From a virus (taxonomy: Duplodnaviria > Caudoviricetes): a stretch of 64,000 bases of DNA. Where the stretch lies: IMG/VR virus record IMGVR_UViG_3300046795_000082, positions 8,267 through 72,266 of that record, one strand, 5' to 3'. The notes under the pieces are model-generated. The model had not been told where the DNA came from. It searched no databases and worked only from the letters and a program-made list of their open reading frames with translations. Made by a program: the position numbers and the translations under genes. This document shows, piece by piece, positions 34,177 through 43,384 of this stretch (position 1 is the stretch's first letter; each line of letters begins with the position of its first letter).

Positions 34177-34806
34177 CCACCCGCCGAGGATGATCGACGT
34201 CGCCACGCGCGTCAGCTCATAGCGGCGGTCGCAGTAGTCGGCCCGCTCGACGTCGAGGAGACGCCCGACTTTGCGGAGGAGCGTCCCCAGGGCGCCGTAC
34301 TTGACTGCGCTCACGAACTCCTCGGCGAGCGGCAGCACGGTGCCAGGGGCGTCACCCGTGACCTCCGGGGGGACCAGCACGTAGACGACGATGAAGGTGC
34401 CGTCGACGGCGGGCGTCGGCACGAGGCGGAGCGTCCGCATCTCGGTGTCGAGGTCAGCGTAGCCAATGGGGTGACCCGGCGTCGTCTCCCAGCCCGGCAG
34501 CGCCAGGTCGCTCTCAAAGCCATCGACTGGCCCGAGATTGTTGCCGCCACCCACCGGGTCGTACCAGCCGCAGTAGGCGGTCGCCAGCCAGTCGGCCGGC
34601 AGCGTGATCTGGGTCGTCCCGGCGGCCACCGCCTGGTAGGCGCCGGTGATCTGCAGATGCACGTCACGGCTGAGCGCACGGATGCTCGCGTTGACCGCGT
34701 CGAGCACCTCCACGCGTGTCCAGATGCCACTGGGCCACGTGTCGCCCCAGTCGGGCGGCTCGATGAGCGTGAGTTGCAGCTCGGCGAGCAAGGCGCGGTC
34801 GACCAT
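34171..34806 (-). CDS. Head-tail adaptor / tail tubular-A-like protein
   Basis: W...EVLDAVNASIR N-terminus, TLRLVPTP, paralogous to next gene. Confidence 0.6.
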   Translation of the reverse strand: MVDRALLAELQLTLIEPPDWGDTWPSGIWTRVEVLDAVNASIRALSRDVHLQITGAYQAVAAGTTQITLPADWLATAYCGWYDPVGGGNNLGPVDGFESDLALPGWETTPGHPIGYADLDTEMRTLRLVPTPAVDGTFIVVYVLVPPEVTGDAPGTVLPLAEEFVSAVKYGALGTLLRKVGRLLDVERADYCDRRYELTRVATSIILGGWS

Positions 34807-35567
34807 CACTCCTGCTCCGTCTGGGCGTCGGCGGTGTGCCGGGAGAACTGCGTGGCGATGCCTTGGATCTGATTGGGCGCGTCCTTGGTCGGCCACAGGG
34901 GCCGACGGTAGTCGAGGCCGGCGAAGCGGCGATAAGCCTGGTGCTGTTTGAGCAGGCCGTTCTCTTCGGCCGCCGCTTTGAGGAAGGCATCGAAGTAGGC
35001 GCGGGTGGCCCGCCACCGGTGGCCGGCTTCCTTGAAGCTGGCGACGTGCAGCGCCATGTCGACGATGACGTCGATGATTTCCTCGCCCAGGTTGACGAAG
35101 TCCCCACCGTTGACCAGGACGGGCGTGGACAGCACGCCGTCGCCGAGCAGCGCGCCGAACGTCGTGCCGGTCCCAGGGAGCGTCGGCCAGATACTGATCC
35201 CGGTCAGCGAGATCGGAGCCCAGAGCAGCGGCCGGGTCGGCACGTCGCCGCCGCTGGCGGTGGTCTCCCCCGCCCAGCCCGGCCGCATCAGGCCGTATTC
35301 GGCGAGCGACGTCGGGTGGAGCGGGTCACCCGCGGCCGTGGTGACTCGCATGGCGTAGGTCATCGGCGCTGGCAGATGGACCTCGCTGACCGAGTTGATG
35401 ATGTCGAGTGGGACGCGCGTGCGCCACCGGCCGGTCAGGAGGTTCCACTCGCGCAGGCTTTCGTTGAGCGCCAGGCGCGCCTCCTCAGCGGTCCAGAAGA
35501 CGGTCTGGTCCCAGCGCTGCGCCATCACCAGCTGCAGGTCAACGAGGGTCGTGGCGGTGTAGGCCAT
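34806..35567 (-). CDS. Head-tail adaptor / tail tubular-A-like protein
   Basis: WTAEEARLALNESLREW, ISIWPT. Confidence 0.6.
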   Translation of the reverse strand: MAYTATTLVDLQLVMAQRWDQTVFWTAEEARLALNESLREWNLLTGRWRTRVPLDIINSVSEVHLPAPMTYAMRVTTAAGDPLHPTSLAEYGLMRPGWAGETTASGGDVPTRPLLWAPISLTGISIWPTLPGTGTTFGALLGDGVLSTPVLVNGGDFVNLGEEIIDVIVDMALHVASFKEAGHRWRATRAYFDAFLKAAAEENGLLKQHQAYRRFAGLDYRRPLWPTKDAPNQIQGIATQFSRHTADAQTEQE

Positions 35568-35576
35568 GGGCTAGTC

Positions 35577-36614
35577 TCAGGTCAGAATACCGCTCTGACA
35601 ACCCCCTCCGCCGCCACCACCGGGCGGCGGGGGCCCCGGTGGCAGCGACGGTTCTCCACCACCGCCGCCGCCTTCGCCGCTGCCACCACCTTCTCCGCCG
35701 CCACCGCCGCCAATGGTAATTAGGATGTCGCTATCCAGTTCGCCCAGGCGGGCACCGACACTGCCGACGACGGTAGAGACCGTCGCCACCACATACGGCG
35801 AGCCCGGGTCTGGCCCGTAGAGATACGTGCCGTCATCCGGGTTGTACCACCAGTAGCTTTCGATCCAGTCGACGATGAGGGCGTAATAGTTGGCCCCGAT
35901 CGTGACGCCGTCGGCCGACACCGCGGGGTCACCAAGAAAGGCAGGCTTGAACGGGACCTCCGCCGCATTGACCGTCATCAGCCCCGCGTTGTTGGGCGAG
36001 CCTTGCCAGAAAAGATCCTCTCGTGTCCACGGGACGTGTGAGAGAGGGTGCTCGATGATCGGCGCGGTCTTAAATTCTGTGTAGCCGCTGCCGGTCGTGC
36101 CGGTCTCCCACGCAAACTCTGCCCCCCCAAACGACACCGGGAAGGGGTTGGCCGGGATGTTGTCGAACGTCATCCCGTTCCTCGGGTACCCGAGGTCCTC
36201 GGGGCCCCAGCCAAACTCCGTACGATCCTCGTTCGCAATGATGCCCGTCGACGGCTCCGACGACTTCAGCCACGCCACGAACTGAATCGAGACAATGGGC
36301 GCCCCCGGCTGGATGATCAGCTCGTCCTTGAAGAAGGCACTGCCTATCGGCGCACCGGGGTCGTAGTGTTCCGTTGGCGGTTTGGTGTAAGTGATCGCTC
36401 GTCCGTCAGGGGTCTTCAGACACTGACCGCCGTCGAAGTCCCCGACGAGCGCGTACGCCGAATCGTAGTACGGTGACGCGGGATCGTAGCGGTTATTCAG
36501 GTTCCAGGGGCCGACGAAGGTGATCCAGTAGGTGGGCGAGTCGTCGTCCAGGTAGGGCCAGACGAACAGCGTCGTGATGGTGCCAACCGGGAGGGTGCTC
36601 GGGGGGATAGGCAC
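35577..36614 (-). CDS. Putative virion protein, Gly/Pro-rich C-terminus
   Basis: ORF track, operon position. Confidence 0.6.
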   Translation of the reverse strand: MPIPPSTLPVGTITTLFVWPYLDDDSPTYWITFVGPWNLNNRYDPASPYYDSAYALVGDFDGGQCLKTPDGRAITYTKPPTEHYDPGAPIGSAFFKDELIIQPGAPIVSIQFVAWLKSSEPSTGIIANEDRTEFGWGPEDLGYPRNGMTFDNIPANPFPVSFGGAEFAWETGTTGSGYTEFKTAPIIEHPLSHVPWTREDLFWQGSPNNAGLMTVNAAEVPFKPAFLGDPAVSADGVTIGANYYALIVDWIESYWWYNPDDGTYLYGPDPGSPYVVATVSTVVGSVGARLGELDSDILITIGGGGGGEGGGSGEGGGGGGEPSLPPGPPPPGGGGGGGCQSGILT

Positions 36615-36616
36615 GG

Positions 36617-37030
36617 CTACTCCGGCGCTCCACCCGCCGGCTCCAGCGCGACGTGCGGCGTGACGATGATCAGCGTGCCGGCCGCGATCGTCACCGGCCC
36701 GCCGAAGCGTTCGGCCATCACCACTTCCCCCGACACATCGGTGATGTAGTACCCGTAGGCGTTCCCGCCGGTCCCCGTGAACCCGAACGACTGCGCCGGG
36801 TACTCGATGAGGGGCGGGTCACCCGGCGTGACGACCCAGTTCGTGGGGGCGAGTGCGATGCTGGCGTAGCCGCCCGCCGTCACCTCCACAAAGGAGGACG
36901 CGGTACTCGTGCTGGCGGGCGAGATGTCGTTGGCGAAGAGCCGAAGCTGCCACGGCGCTTGCGTGGGGAGGGAGCCGGTCCATACGGAGAGCCACAGGAC
37001 TTCCCCGACGTTCGGGACGACGGCGGCCAT
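36617..37030 (-). CDS. Putative tail/fibre-associated protein, paralog B
   Basis: LRLFAND...GGYA...GYYI...ERF...VTP, aligns by eye with 37032-37448. Confidence 0.65.
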   Translation of the reverse strand: MAAVVPNVGEVLWLSVWTGSLPTQAPWQLRLFANDISPASTSTASSFVEVTAGGYASIALAPTNWVVTPGDPPLIEYPAQSFGFTGTGGNAYGYYITDVSGEVVMAERFGGPVTIAAGTLIIVTPHVALEPAGGAPE

Positions 37031-37031
37031 C

Positions 37032-37448
37032 TCAGTCTCCCAACAGCGAACCCAGCGACAGGCGTGGCGTCACCTTGATGGTGTCGCCAGCGGCCGGATA
37101 GTGTGGCGGGCTCTCCAGTCGCTGCGCGAGCACGATCTCCCCAGCGCCGTCCACGATGTAGTAGCCGAAGATGGTGCTCGGCCAGTTGGTCGCACCCGTG
37201 AATCCGAAGAGCTTCTGCGGCTGCAGCGCAACCGACGGCGCACCGGGGGTGAAGGTCCAGTCCGCCGGCTGAAGCACCGCCGGGGCGTAGCCGCCACCGG
37301 AGACTTCCGTCAGGGACGCGGCAGTCGTGTCGCCCGTCGGCACCACGTCGTTCTCGTACAACCGCAAGATCCACAGCAGCGTCGCGGCGGTCTGTCCAGT
37401 CCAATTTGCCAGCGCCGTAGCTGCCGCGACATTCGGGACGACGGCCAT
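37032..37448 (-). CDS. Putative tail/fibre-associated protein, paralog A
   Basis: LRLYEND...GGYA...GYYI...QRL...VTP. Confidence 0.65.
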   Translation of the reverse strand: MAVVPNVAAATALANWTGQTAATLLWILRLYENDVVPTGDTTAASLTEVSGGGYAPAVLQPADWTFTPGAPSVALQPQKLFGFTGATNWPSTIFGYYIVDGAGEIVLAQRLESPPHYPAAGDTIKVTPRLSLGSLLGD

Positions 37449-37454
37449 GACCGC

Positions 37455-37745
37455 TCAGAAGGGCACGCCGAGGATGGTGAGCGTCGCCCCGGCGCCGACC
37501 GCGTAGAAGTCCGAGAGCTTGAGCGGACCCGTGTCGAAGGGGCCGATCGAGAGCGGGCTGGTCGCCGCCGCCGCGAGCTTGAGGCCCGTGGCGGTCGTGA
37601 CCGTGTTGTCGCTCCCAAGGAAGGCGTCCGCCGAAGTGACGAGCAGCAGCTGGCGGAACGGGATGTTCAGCGCCTCGCTGCCGCCGAAGGGATCCGAGAG
37701 GCGCTTCACCGTCGCGGCGAGCGCGATCTGGTAGGTCTTCACCAT
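37455..37745 (-). CDS. Small virion protein
   Basis: Beta-rich, operon position. Confidence 0.55.
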   Translation of the reverse strand: MVKTYQIALAATVKRLSDPFGGSEALNIPFRQLLLVTSADAFLGSDNTVTTATGLKLAAAATSPLSIGPFDTGPLKLSDFYAVGAGATLTILGVPF

Positions 37746-37756
37746 GACACGCGTGC

Positions 37757-38050
37757 CTACGTCTTGTCGATCGTGCCGGGGTTGCGTTCCTTCAGGTCCG
37801 GCGGGTCGTCCGGCTTCTGGTTCGGTTCGAAGCGGTTCGGGACCGACGGCAGCCCGCTCACCGAATTGCTCGCCTCGCTCTTGTCGAAGTAGGGCACAGG
37901 CAGGTCGGACCAGAGCGGCTTGCAGGCGTTGCCGTGCTCGTCGCCGCCCTCGGCGTTCGGGTCCGAGCCCGAGCTGGTGATCGTGTCGCCACTCAAGTCG
38001 GTCGAGATCGGCATCCCGGGGTCATCCCAGAAGGTTTTGATGTCAGCCAT
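37757..38050 (-). CDS. Hypothetical acidic low-complexity protein
   Basis: ATG 38050 after GAGGTGG. Confidence 0.55.
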   Translation of the reverse strand: MADIKTFWDDPGMPISTDLSGDTITSSGSDPNAEGGDEHGNACKPLWSDLPVPYFDKSEASNSVSGLPSVPNRFEPNQKPDDPPDLKERNPGTIDKT

Positions 38051-38057
38051 AACCACC

Positions 38058-38780
38058 TCACCAGGCGACGGCATCGGTGGCCCGCTCGCTCGGGCTCCCC
38101 GCGCAGTCGCAGTCACACAGCGTCCAGCTGTCCCACAGGTCGTCGGGATACTGCTCGTCGTCGCGGAGGCTGAGCATCTGGACGCCGTACTTGAACTCGT
38201 CCGCCTTGGTCTTCGCCAGCCCCGTGTTGAAGTAGGGGTTCGGCTTCTCGCCCGTGCCCGGCCAGAGCGCCGCTTGCGCCAGGGCGCCCGCGATGAGCAC
38301 CTCGCCGCCATCGGCCAGTACACCGGTGAGCACCGAGGTGTCGTCGAGCCGAGCGCCCTGGCGGTTGTAGACGGCCGTCAGCGTGGACGCGCTCCCGTGC
38401 GGGTAGACCAGGTAGCGCGCCTGGCCCACCGTCGGGGGCGTCACCGAGGGCGACGCCGCGACCAGGGCGGTGACCGGGCCGGTGGCGACGTTCGCCGGGT
38501 CCGTACAGCCCAGCTCCGCGAGCGACTTGTCGAAGCAGATGCGAACCTGCCGACTCTTGTCGACCACGACGCGGAAGCTGGCGAAGTCGGTCGGCAGCGT
38601 CACGTAGAGGTCGGACGTGAGGATCGGCAACGTGGCCTCGCCGCGCATGAAGCCCCAGCGACGCGCCGCGAGGAGTTGCTTCCAGGCCGCATTCACCCAC
38701 TCGCGCGCGAGGAAGGTCGGCGCGGCTGGACAATACAGCCGCACCGTCCGCCAGCAATCGCCGTAGGTGAACGCGGGCAT
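38058..38780 (-). CDS. Head-tail adaptor-like protein
   Basis: REWVNAAW...WGF...YVTLPTDF, position downstream of capsid genes. Confidence 0.6.
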   Translation of the reverse strand: MPAFTYGDCWRTVRLYCPAAPTFLAREWVNAAWKQLLAARRWGFMRGEATLPILTSDLYVTLPTDFASFRVVVDKSRQVRICFDKSLAELGCTDPANVATGPVTALVAASPSVTPPTVGQARYLVYPHGSASTLTAVYNRQGARLDDTSVLTGVLADGGEVLIAGALAQAALWPGTGEKPNPYFNTGLAKTKADEFKYGVQMLSLRDDEQYPDDLWDSWTLCDCDCAGSPSERATDAVAW

Positions 38781-39092
38781 CTACGACCCGATGATTTCCA
38801 TCTGACAGCTGAAGCCCGAGAGGTCGGTCCCGTTAGCCACCTCCGCCCCAGGCGCCGAGAACCATTGGACCTTCTGGGTCGCCGAGTTCCAGGCCACCAC
38901 ACGCGTGTTCACCCCCGCGGCATCGAGTGCGGGGGTGAAGCTGGCGACGACGATCGTCCCCAGCCCGAAGGACGCGGGAGTGGCCGCCTCCCCACCCGTG
39001 GCGTAGAGCGTGGGTCCACTCCAGCGTGCGACACGACGGAGGAAGTTGCCGGTGTTGTCGAAGTAGTTGCCGACGCGACGATCGACAGGCAT
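38781..39092 (-). CDS. Small virion protein
   Basis: GGAGG RBS; YATGGE motif. Confidence 0.6.
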   Translation of the reverse strand: MPVDRRVGNYFDNTGNFLRRVARWSGPTLYATGGEAATPASFGLGTIVVASFTPALDAAGVNTRVVAWNSATQKVQWFSAPGAEVANGTDLSGFSCQMEIIGS

Positions 39093-39104
39093 GGTTCCTC
39101 CTTC

Positions 39105-39659
39105 CTACGTCGTCTCAGGCAGGTCGAGGTCGACCAACACGCGCGCCTCGCTGGCGAGCCTGGTGAGCGGCGTCGAGACCCGACCGAGGGGGACGTTGGT
39201 CGGCGCGGTGCCCGCAGCGATGCGCGCGCCCTTGCCGGCGGTGGCCGCCGAGCCGATGACGGTGTCGCCAACGGCTGCCGCGGTGCTGTCGGCATCGACC
39301 AGCTTCGGATAGCCCGGGCCGGCGAACTGGACACACGTGTAGTTGCCCTTGGTGACCAGGTTGTTGAAGATGCCGGCGACCGCGTTCAGGTTGGTGTTGA
39401 CGGTGGTGACGAGGTACTGGGACTTGTCGACCCAGTAGGCGACCGCGCCCGGGAAGGGGCCGACGGTCATCGTCGAGTCCGTCTTCACCAGCTGGTAGCG
39501 CTTCGACGAGCCGGTCTTCGGTGGCGCCCCGCGCCCCGTCGGCTGGATGACGGTGAAGCGGCTGCCCAGTAGGCCAGGCGCGTGGAGAGTCGGCGTGTCC
39601 TCGCCCTCGGGGTTGCCGCTCTGGAGGTAGACGGCCGGATTCTCAAAACGATTCGGCAT
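39105..39659 (-). CDS. Capsid cement/decoration-like protein
   Basis: Directly after capsid gene, small beta-rich, GGAGG RBS. Confidence 0.6.
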   Translation of the reverse strand: MPNRFENPAVYLQSGNPEGEDTPTLHAPGLLGSRFTVIQPTGRGAPPKTGSSKRYQLVKTDSTMTVGPFPGAVAYWVDKSQYLVTTVNTNLNAVAGIFNNLVTKGNYTCVQFAGPGYPKLVDADSTAAAVGDTVIGSAATAGKGARIAAGTAPTNVPLGRVSTPLTRLASEARVLVDLDLPETT

Positions 39660-39668
39660 GGCGGCCTC

Positions 39669-40721
39669 CTAGCTGCCAATCCCGTGGATGACGCGCGAGA
39701 GTCGCAGCGCCTTCACGGTGAGGTTGCCGGCGTAGAGGATCTGGCCGGAGACCTGGTTGTCCTCGCGCGCACCCTTGAAGCCGGTGAAGCCGAAGGCGAA
39801 CTTGCGGCTTTGCGCGATGTAGAGACGGATGTAGGCGTCGTCCCCCTGGGGCCCGAAGTTCAACCACCAGAAGGTCTCGTTGGGGGCGTAGTAGTTGCCC
39901 AGGTCGTCGTCGTTGACGCCGTCGGCGCCAGGGCAGTACTGCGACATCATGATCGTCGCTTTGTCGAACTTCATCCCCGGCCAGTTGATCTCCGGCTGGG
40001 TCGTGTCGATGATCTGATGCGGGAGGAAGTTCTCCGAGATGTAGCCCATGCAGCGGTTGGTCGTGATCGCGGTGGCCGGCGCCTCGTTGCCGATGATCGT
40101 GCTGTAGTAGCTGTGCCGCAGGACCCGGTAGGAGATGGGGTTGCCGCCGAGGTTCGCGGCGACCAGGCCGGTCGGCGCGGTCAGCGCGGGCGCCACGTCC
40201 ACACGCGTCTGGCCGCCATAGCTCGGGAAGACGTTCCCGGTCCAGGTCGGGTCGGCGCCGTTGGTGAGCGCCTCCTCCAGGCCGTTGATTTCCATCGAGC
40301 GGTCGTCGCCGACGATCGGCTGGCCGTGGTGGAAGGCGGCGATTTCGAGGATGGCGGACATGGTCAGGCTGGCCTGCGCCATGTCGGTGCGGATGACCGA
40401 GAAGGCCGCCCGCGGCCCGGCCATCTCGACTTCCAGGTCTTCCAGAAATTCGGTGACCGTCACCTGGTAGTAGCGGGGGCCGAAGAGCAAGCCGGTGCGG
40501 GTCTGCCGGCGCGTGATGTCGAACGTCCCGCCCTTCCGGTACGAGCCACCCTTCATCGGCTTGTACATGAAGTTTTCTTGAATCTGCGGGCCGATCCACT
40601 TCCGGTTGAAGCGGCCCTTGGCCATGGCGATGAACGGCCCGGCCTTGAAATAGCCATCGACGACACCCGGCTCGATTTCGCGGGTCACCGTCGTGTTGAC
40701 ATCGTCCAGCTGAATGGGCAC
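39669..40721 (-). CDS. Major capsid protein (HK97 fold)
   Basis: 350 aa after scaffold; INGLEEAL, C-terminal GNLTVKALRLSRVIHGI. Confidence 0.8.
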   Translation of the reverse strand: MPIQLDDVNTTVTREIEPGVVDGYFKAGPFIAMAKGRFNRKWIGPQIQENFMYKPMKGGSYRKGGTFDITRRQTRTGLLFGPRYYQVTVTEFLEDLEVEMAGPRAAFSVIRTDMAQASLTMSAILEIAAFHHGQPIVGDDRSMEINGLEEALTNGADPTWTGNVFPSYGGQTRVDVAPALTAPTGLVAANLGGNPISYRVLRHSYYSTIIGNEAPATAITTNRCMGYISENFLPHQIIDTTQPEINWPGMKFDKATIMMSQYCPGADGVNDDDLGNYYAPNETFWWLNFGPQGDDAYIRLYIAQSRKFAFGFTGFKGAREDNQVSGQILYAGNLTVKALRLSRVIHGIGS

Positions 40722-40736
40722 GGGGGCCCTCCTGTG

Positions 40737-41525
40737 TTATGAGCCGCGCGCAGACTGCAGCCGTTCGTATTCGGCGACGGCCGTGTCGAGCGTGTGTGCG
40801 GCGGTGCCATCCTTCGTCGCGAGCACGTCGAGCGGCGAGGACTCGGAGCGCAGGGGGAACGGGTGGGTCGACTGACCCTTGGTCCGTTCCAGCAACCGCT
40901 TCTCGACCTCGTCGTTGATGCGTTTGTCGTCTGCCTCTTTGGCCTTGGCCTGCAGCTGCGGCCCGTAGCGCTCGACGTAGGCGTCCTGGAGCGAGAAGAT
41001 TCGTCCGGGCTGACCGGCGATTGGGCGGCCGACCTTGGGGTTCTGAACCAGTTCAAGCGCGTCGAGCGGCTCGCCGAAGATCGCCATGTGCCGACCGGCC
41101 TGCGAGGCGATGAAGGCGGAGACCGCGATGTAGTCCTTCCCCGCGCTGTTCACGGCCTCGTCGGCCAGCCGACGCACGTCGTCTTCGGTGATCGCCGCGA
41201 GCAGCGCCGGGTTGGGATTCGGGTTCGGATTCGGGTTCGGATTCGGGTTCCCACCCCGCTCCTTCGCCTTGTCGAGCGCGTCTTTGTTCACGGCGTACCA
41301 CTCGTTCAACCGCTCGTAGTGCTCGTTCAGGGCGACCTCTTTGTCCCGAAGCCCGTCCATCGATTTGCTGTAGTCGGCGCGGGCCAGCGTGCCGTCGCCC
41401 ATCAGGACCACGGCCTCCTTCGCCTCCGCCGCATCAAAGACCGTCTTCGCCTGTGCCTGCAGCTCCGTCGGGAGCTTGGCGAGCACGCCAGCGAGGAACG
41501 ACTGACCCGACTCAAACGCACCCAT
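40737..41525 (-). CDS. Capsid scaffolding protein
   Basis: Helical/coiled-coil with (NP)n linker, immediately upstream of capsid gene. Confidence 0.7.
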   Translation of the reverse strand: MGAFESGQSFLAGVLAKLPTELQAQAKTVFDAAEAKEAVVLMGDGTLARADYSKSMDGLRDKEVALNEHYERLNEWYAVNKDALDKAKERGGNPNPNPNPNPNPNPALLAAITEDDVRRLADEAVNSAGKDYIAVSAFIASQAGRHMAIFGEPLDALELVQNPKVGRPIAGQPGRIFSLQDAYVERYGPQLQAKAKEADDKRINDEVEKRLLERTKGQSTHPFPLRSESSPLDVLATKDGTAAHTLDTAVAEYERLQSARGS

Positions 41526-41620
41526 GTGTCACTCCCTCCGCGAAGGCCAGCGCTCCCTCCATCCCTCCGCTCGCGCGGGCGAGGATGTGGACACGCCTCT
41601 CCACGTGTTTGGCGTTCTGC

Positions 41621-42019
41621 CTACACCGACCCGGGTCCGGCCACACCCTGGTCGATTCCGCCGCCTGGGAACGCCGGCCCTGGCGCCGTCGGCGAGACCG
41701 GCCCGGCGCCGGCCTGCATCAGATCCGCGAGATATTGCTGAATCATGTCCTTGATGAGCGCGAGCTGTGCCCCCTTGTCCGGGGTGATCTGCGACCAGGA
41801 GTCCAGGAGGTCGGACATCGACTGGGCCGACTGGGTGATGCCAGTCAGGACCTCGGGCGGCATCTGGGTCGTGGGGAGCTGACTGGCCAGCCCCTTCATC
41901 GAGAAGGGGTCGCCTCCGCCTCCGCCCATCGGCGTCGGCGAGGGTGGCGGCTGGTCGAGTGCCGTGCTGCCAGGGGTCGGGCCGGTGCCAGGAAAGCCCG
42001 CGCCAGCGGGGAAAGCCAT
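41621..42019 (-). CDS. Pro/Gly-rich hypothetical head-region protein
   Basis: GGAGG RBS, coupled. Confidence 0.55.
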   Translation of the reverse strand: MAFPAGAGFPGTGPTPGSTALDQPPPSPTPMGGGGGDPFSMKGLASQLPTTQMPPEVLTGITQSAQSMSDLLDSWSQITPDKGAQLALIKDMIQQYLADLMQAGAGPVSPTAPGPAFPGGGIDQGVAGPGSV

Positions 42020-42339
42020 TAGCTCCTCCGTCTTGAGAGTGACCGTGTGCGACGCACATCTCGCGTGGGAGCCACGTCTCGCGCGGACGTGTCGGCGAAC
42101 AGGCGCGTTCCCTCGGAGATGGCCCGCGGGGTCGCCAGGCCCCCACGCACTGGCCGGTCGAGACCGACCTCTTCATCGAAGCTGCGGCTGCGCGTCTTGG
42201 CCGGCGCGAGCGGCGGCGTGGGCGGGGGACCAAAGAAACTCTCGCGGTTCCGGACGCCCCGCCGCCCGAGGTCGTTGATCTTCAGGACCAGTTCGTCCCC
42301 CGTGGCGCGCGCCGGTGGGACGTCATCGTCCTTAGCCAT
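42019..42339 (-). CDS. Hypothetical basic protein
   Basis: Coupled overlaps both sides. Confidence 0.5.
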   Translation of the reverse strand: MAKDDDVPPARATGDELVLKINDLGRRGVRNRESFFGPPPTPPLAPAKTRSRSFDEEVGLDRPVRGGLATPRAISEGTRLFADTSARDVAPTRDVRRTRSLSRRRS

Positions 42340-42506
42340 CAGTACCGCCCGCCGCCGCGCATCGACTTCTGCGCCGGACTGAAGCCCTTCTTCTGGAAGC
42401 CGCCCTTCTTGCCGAACGGCTTGCTCTTCTTCTTGCTGGACATGGGCGGCGGGGGGCCGCCCCCCTCGTCTGCCGGGGGTCCGCCGAACGGTCTACCGAA
42501 GGCCAT
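42339..42506 (-). CDS. Small Lys/Gly-rich protein
   Basis: MAFGRPFGG...; TGATG coupling. Confidence 0.5.
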   Translation of the reverse strand: MAFGRPFGGPPADEGGGPPPPMSSKKKSKPFGKKGGFQKKGFSPAQKSMRGGGRY

Positions 42507-42949
42507 CACGCGACTCTCTTTCCGCGGTATACCGCGCGGTAATTCAGCTTGCGAATCTCGGCGAAGCACACGACCCGCGCCGCACGGACCTCAGGCGCGA
42601 TCTGTCCGCGCTGCAGGCGTCCTTCTTCGACCGCTGCGAGGCGCAGGATTGCGTCAGCCTGCGGACGCTTGATCACGAGGTACGGGTAGACCAACCGGAT
42701 CACACGAAGCGCTTGATCGCAGGCAACGCGGAAACACCATGACGGTTTGCGATTGCTCCTGGCGTCGTGGCGAGGATGAATTTGTCCGAACGGCAATCGC
42801 TCGCGCAACCACGCCAGTAGGTTGAGATCGATGTTGGTGATCTGGAGGTGCGGACGCACCCAGTCCGGCCGGCCGCCACGCGTGAACAGGCCGATGCAAC
42901 CTTCCCCGTCGATGATTCCAGCCAAGTACGCGATCTCTTCGGTCGTCAT
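42506..42949 (-). CDS. Free-standing LAGLIDADG homing endonuclease
   Basis: AYLAGIIDGEGCI, ITNID, YLVIKRPQA. Confidence 0.88.
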   Translation of the reverse strand: MTTEEIAYLAGIIDGEGCIGLFTRGGRPDWVRPHLQITNIDLNLLAWLRERLPFGQIHPRHDARSNRKPSWCFRVACDQALRVIRLVYPYLVIKRPQADAILRLAAVEEGRLQRGQIAPEVRAARVVCFAEIRKLNYRAVYRGKRVA

Positions 42950-43107
42950 CGCCGTTTGCCCGACAAGCTCCGTTTCGGCCCGTGCCACTTCTTGCCCAGC
43001 TCGGGCTTCTTGTTCGCGGTGGCATAGAAGACGCGCTCGCCCTTCTCGCCCCCGTACTGGCTCCGCATCGAGCGGAGGACCTTGGAGCCGGAGTCGGTCA
43101 GCGGCAT
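42946..43107 (-). CDS. Small phage protein
   Basis: YGGEKGERVFYATANK; not in ORF track (53 aa). Confidence 0.55.
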   Translation of the reverse strand: MPLTDSGSKVLRSMRSQYGGEKGERVFYATANKKPELGKKWHGPKRSLSGKRR

Positions 43108-43156
43108 GACGGGCTAGCGTCGGAGGAGATCAGGGGTTTGTCTAGCCCCCCTTTGT

Positions 43157-43384
43157 CTAGCAGCGGCTACAGCGATCGGCACGCGTGCCGTCGAGGCGAC
43201 CTCCGCAATCGCGGCAGACACCACGCGCGCGATTCGCCGCTCGACGAAGTCGGCGCTGCTCGTTCCTGACGGCGCAGCAGACTTGACACCGCCACCCGCT
43301 GCGACGCTTCACACGCCCGCAGATCGCGCACCGCTCGGCCTGAAGCTGCTTGTACTGCCACTGGGTTTGGCGAGAACCGATCAC
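43157..43384 (-). CDS. Cys-rich hypothetical protein
   Basis: Four CxxC pairs; ATGA overlap with portal stop. Confidence 0.5.
   Translation of the reverse strand: MIGSRQTQWQYKQLQAERCAICGRVKRRSGWRCQVCCAVRNEQRRLRRAANRARGVCRDCGGRLDGTRADRCSRC

Noticed and set aside
41209-41250. (GGGTTC/GGATTC)n microsatellite
   Set aside because: Encodes the Asn-Pro linker of the scaffold protein; ordinary coding repeat
42339-43107. Group I intron around the LAGLIDADG gene
   Set aside because: Flanking ORFs are complete and translationally coupled; no room for intron core elements
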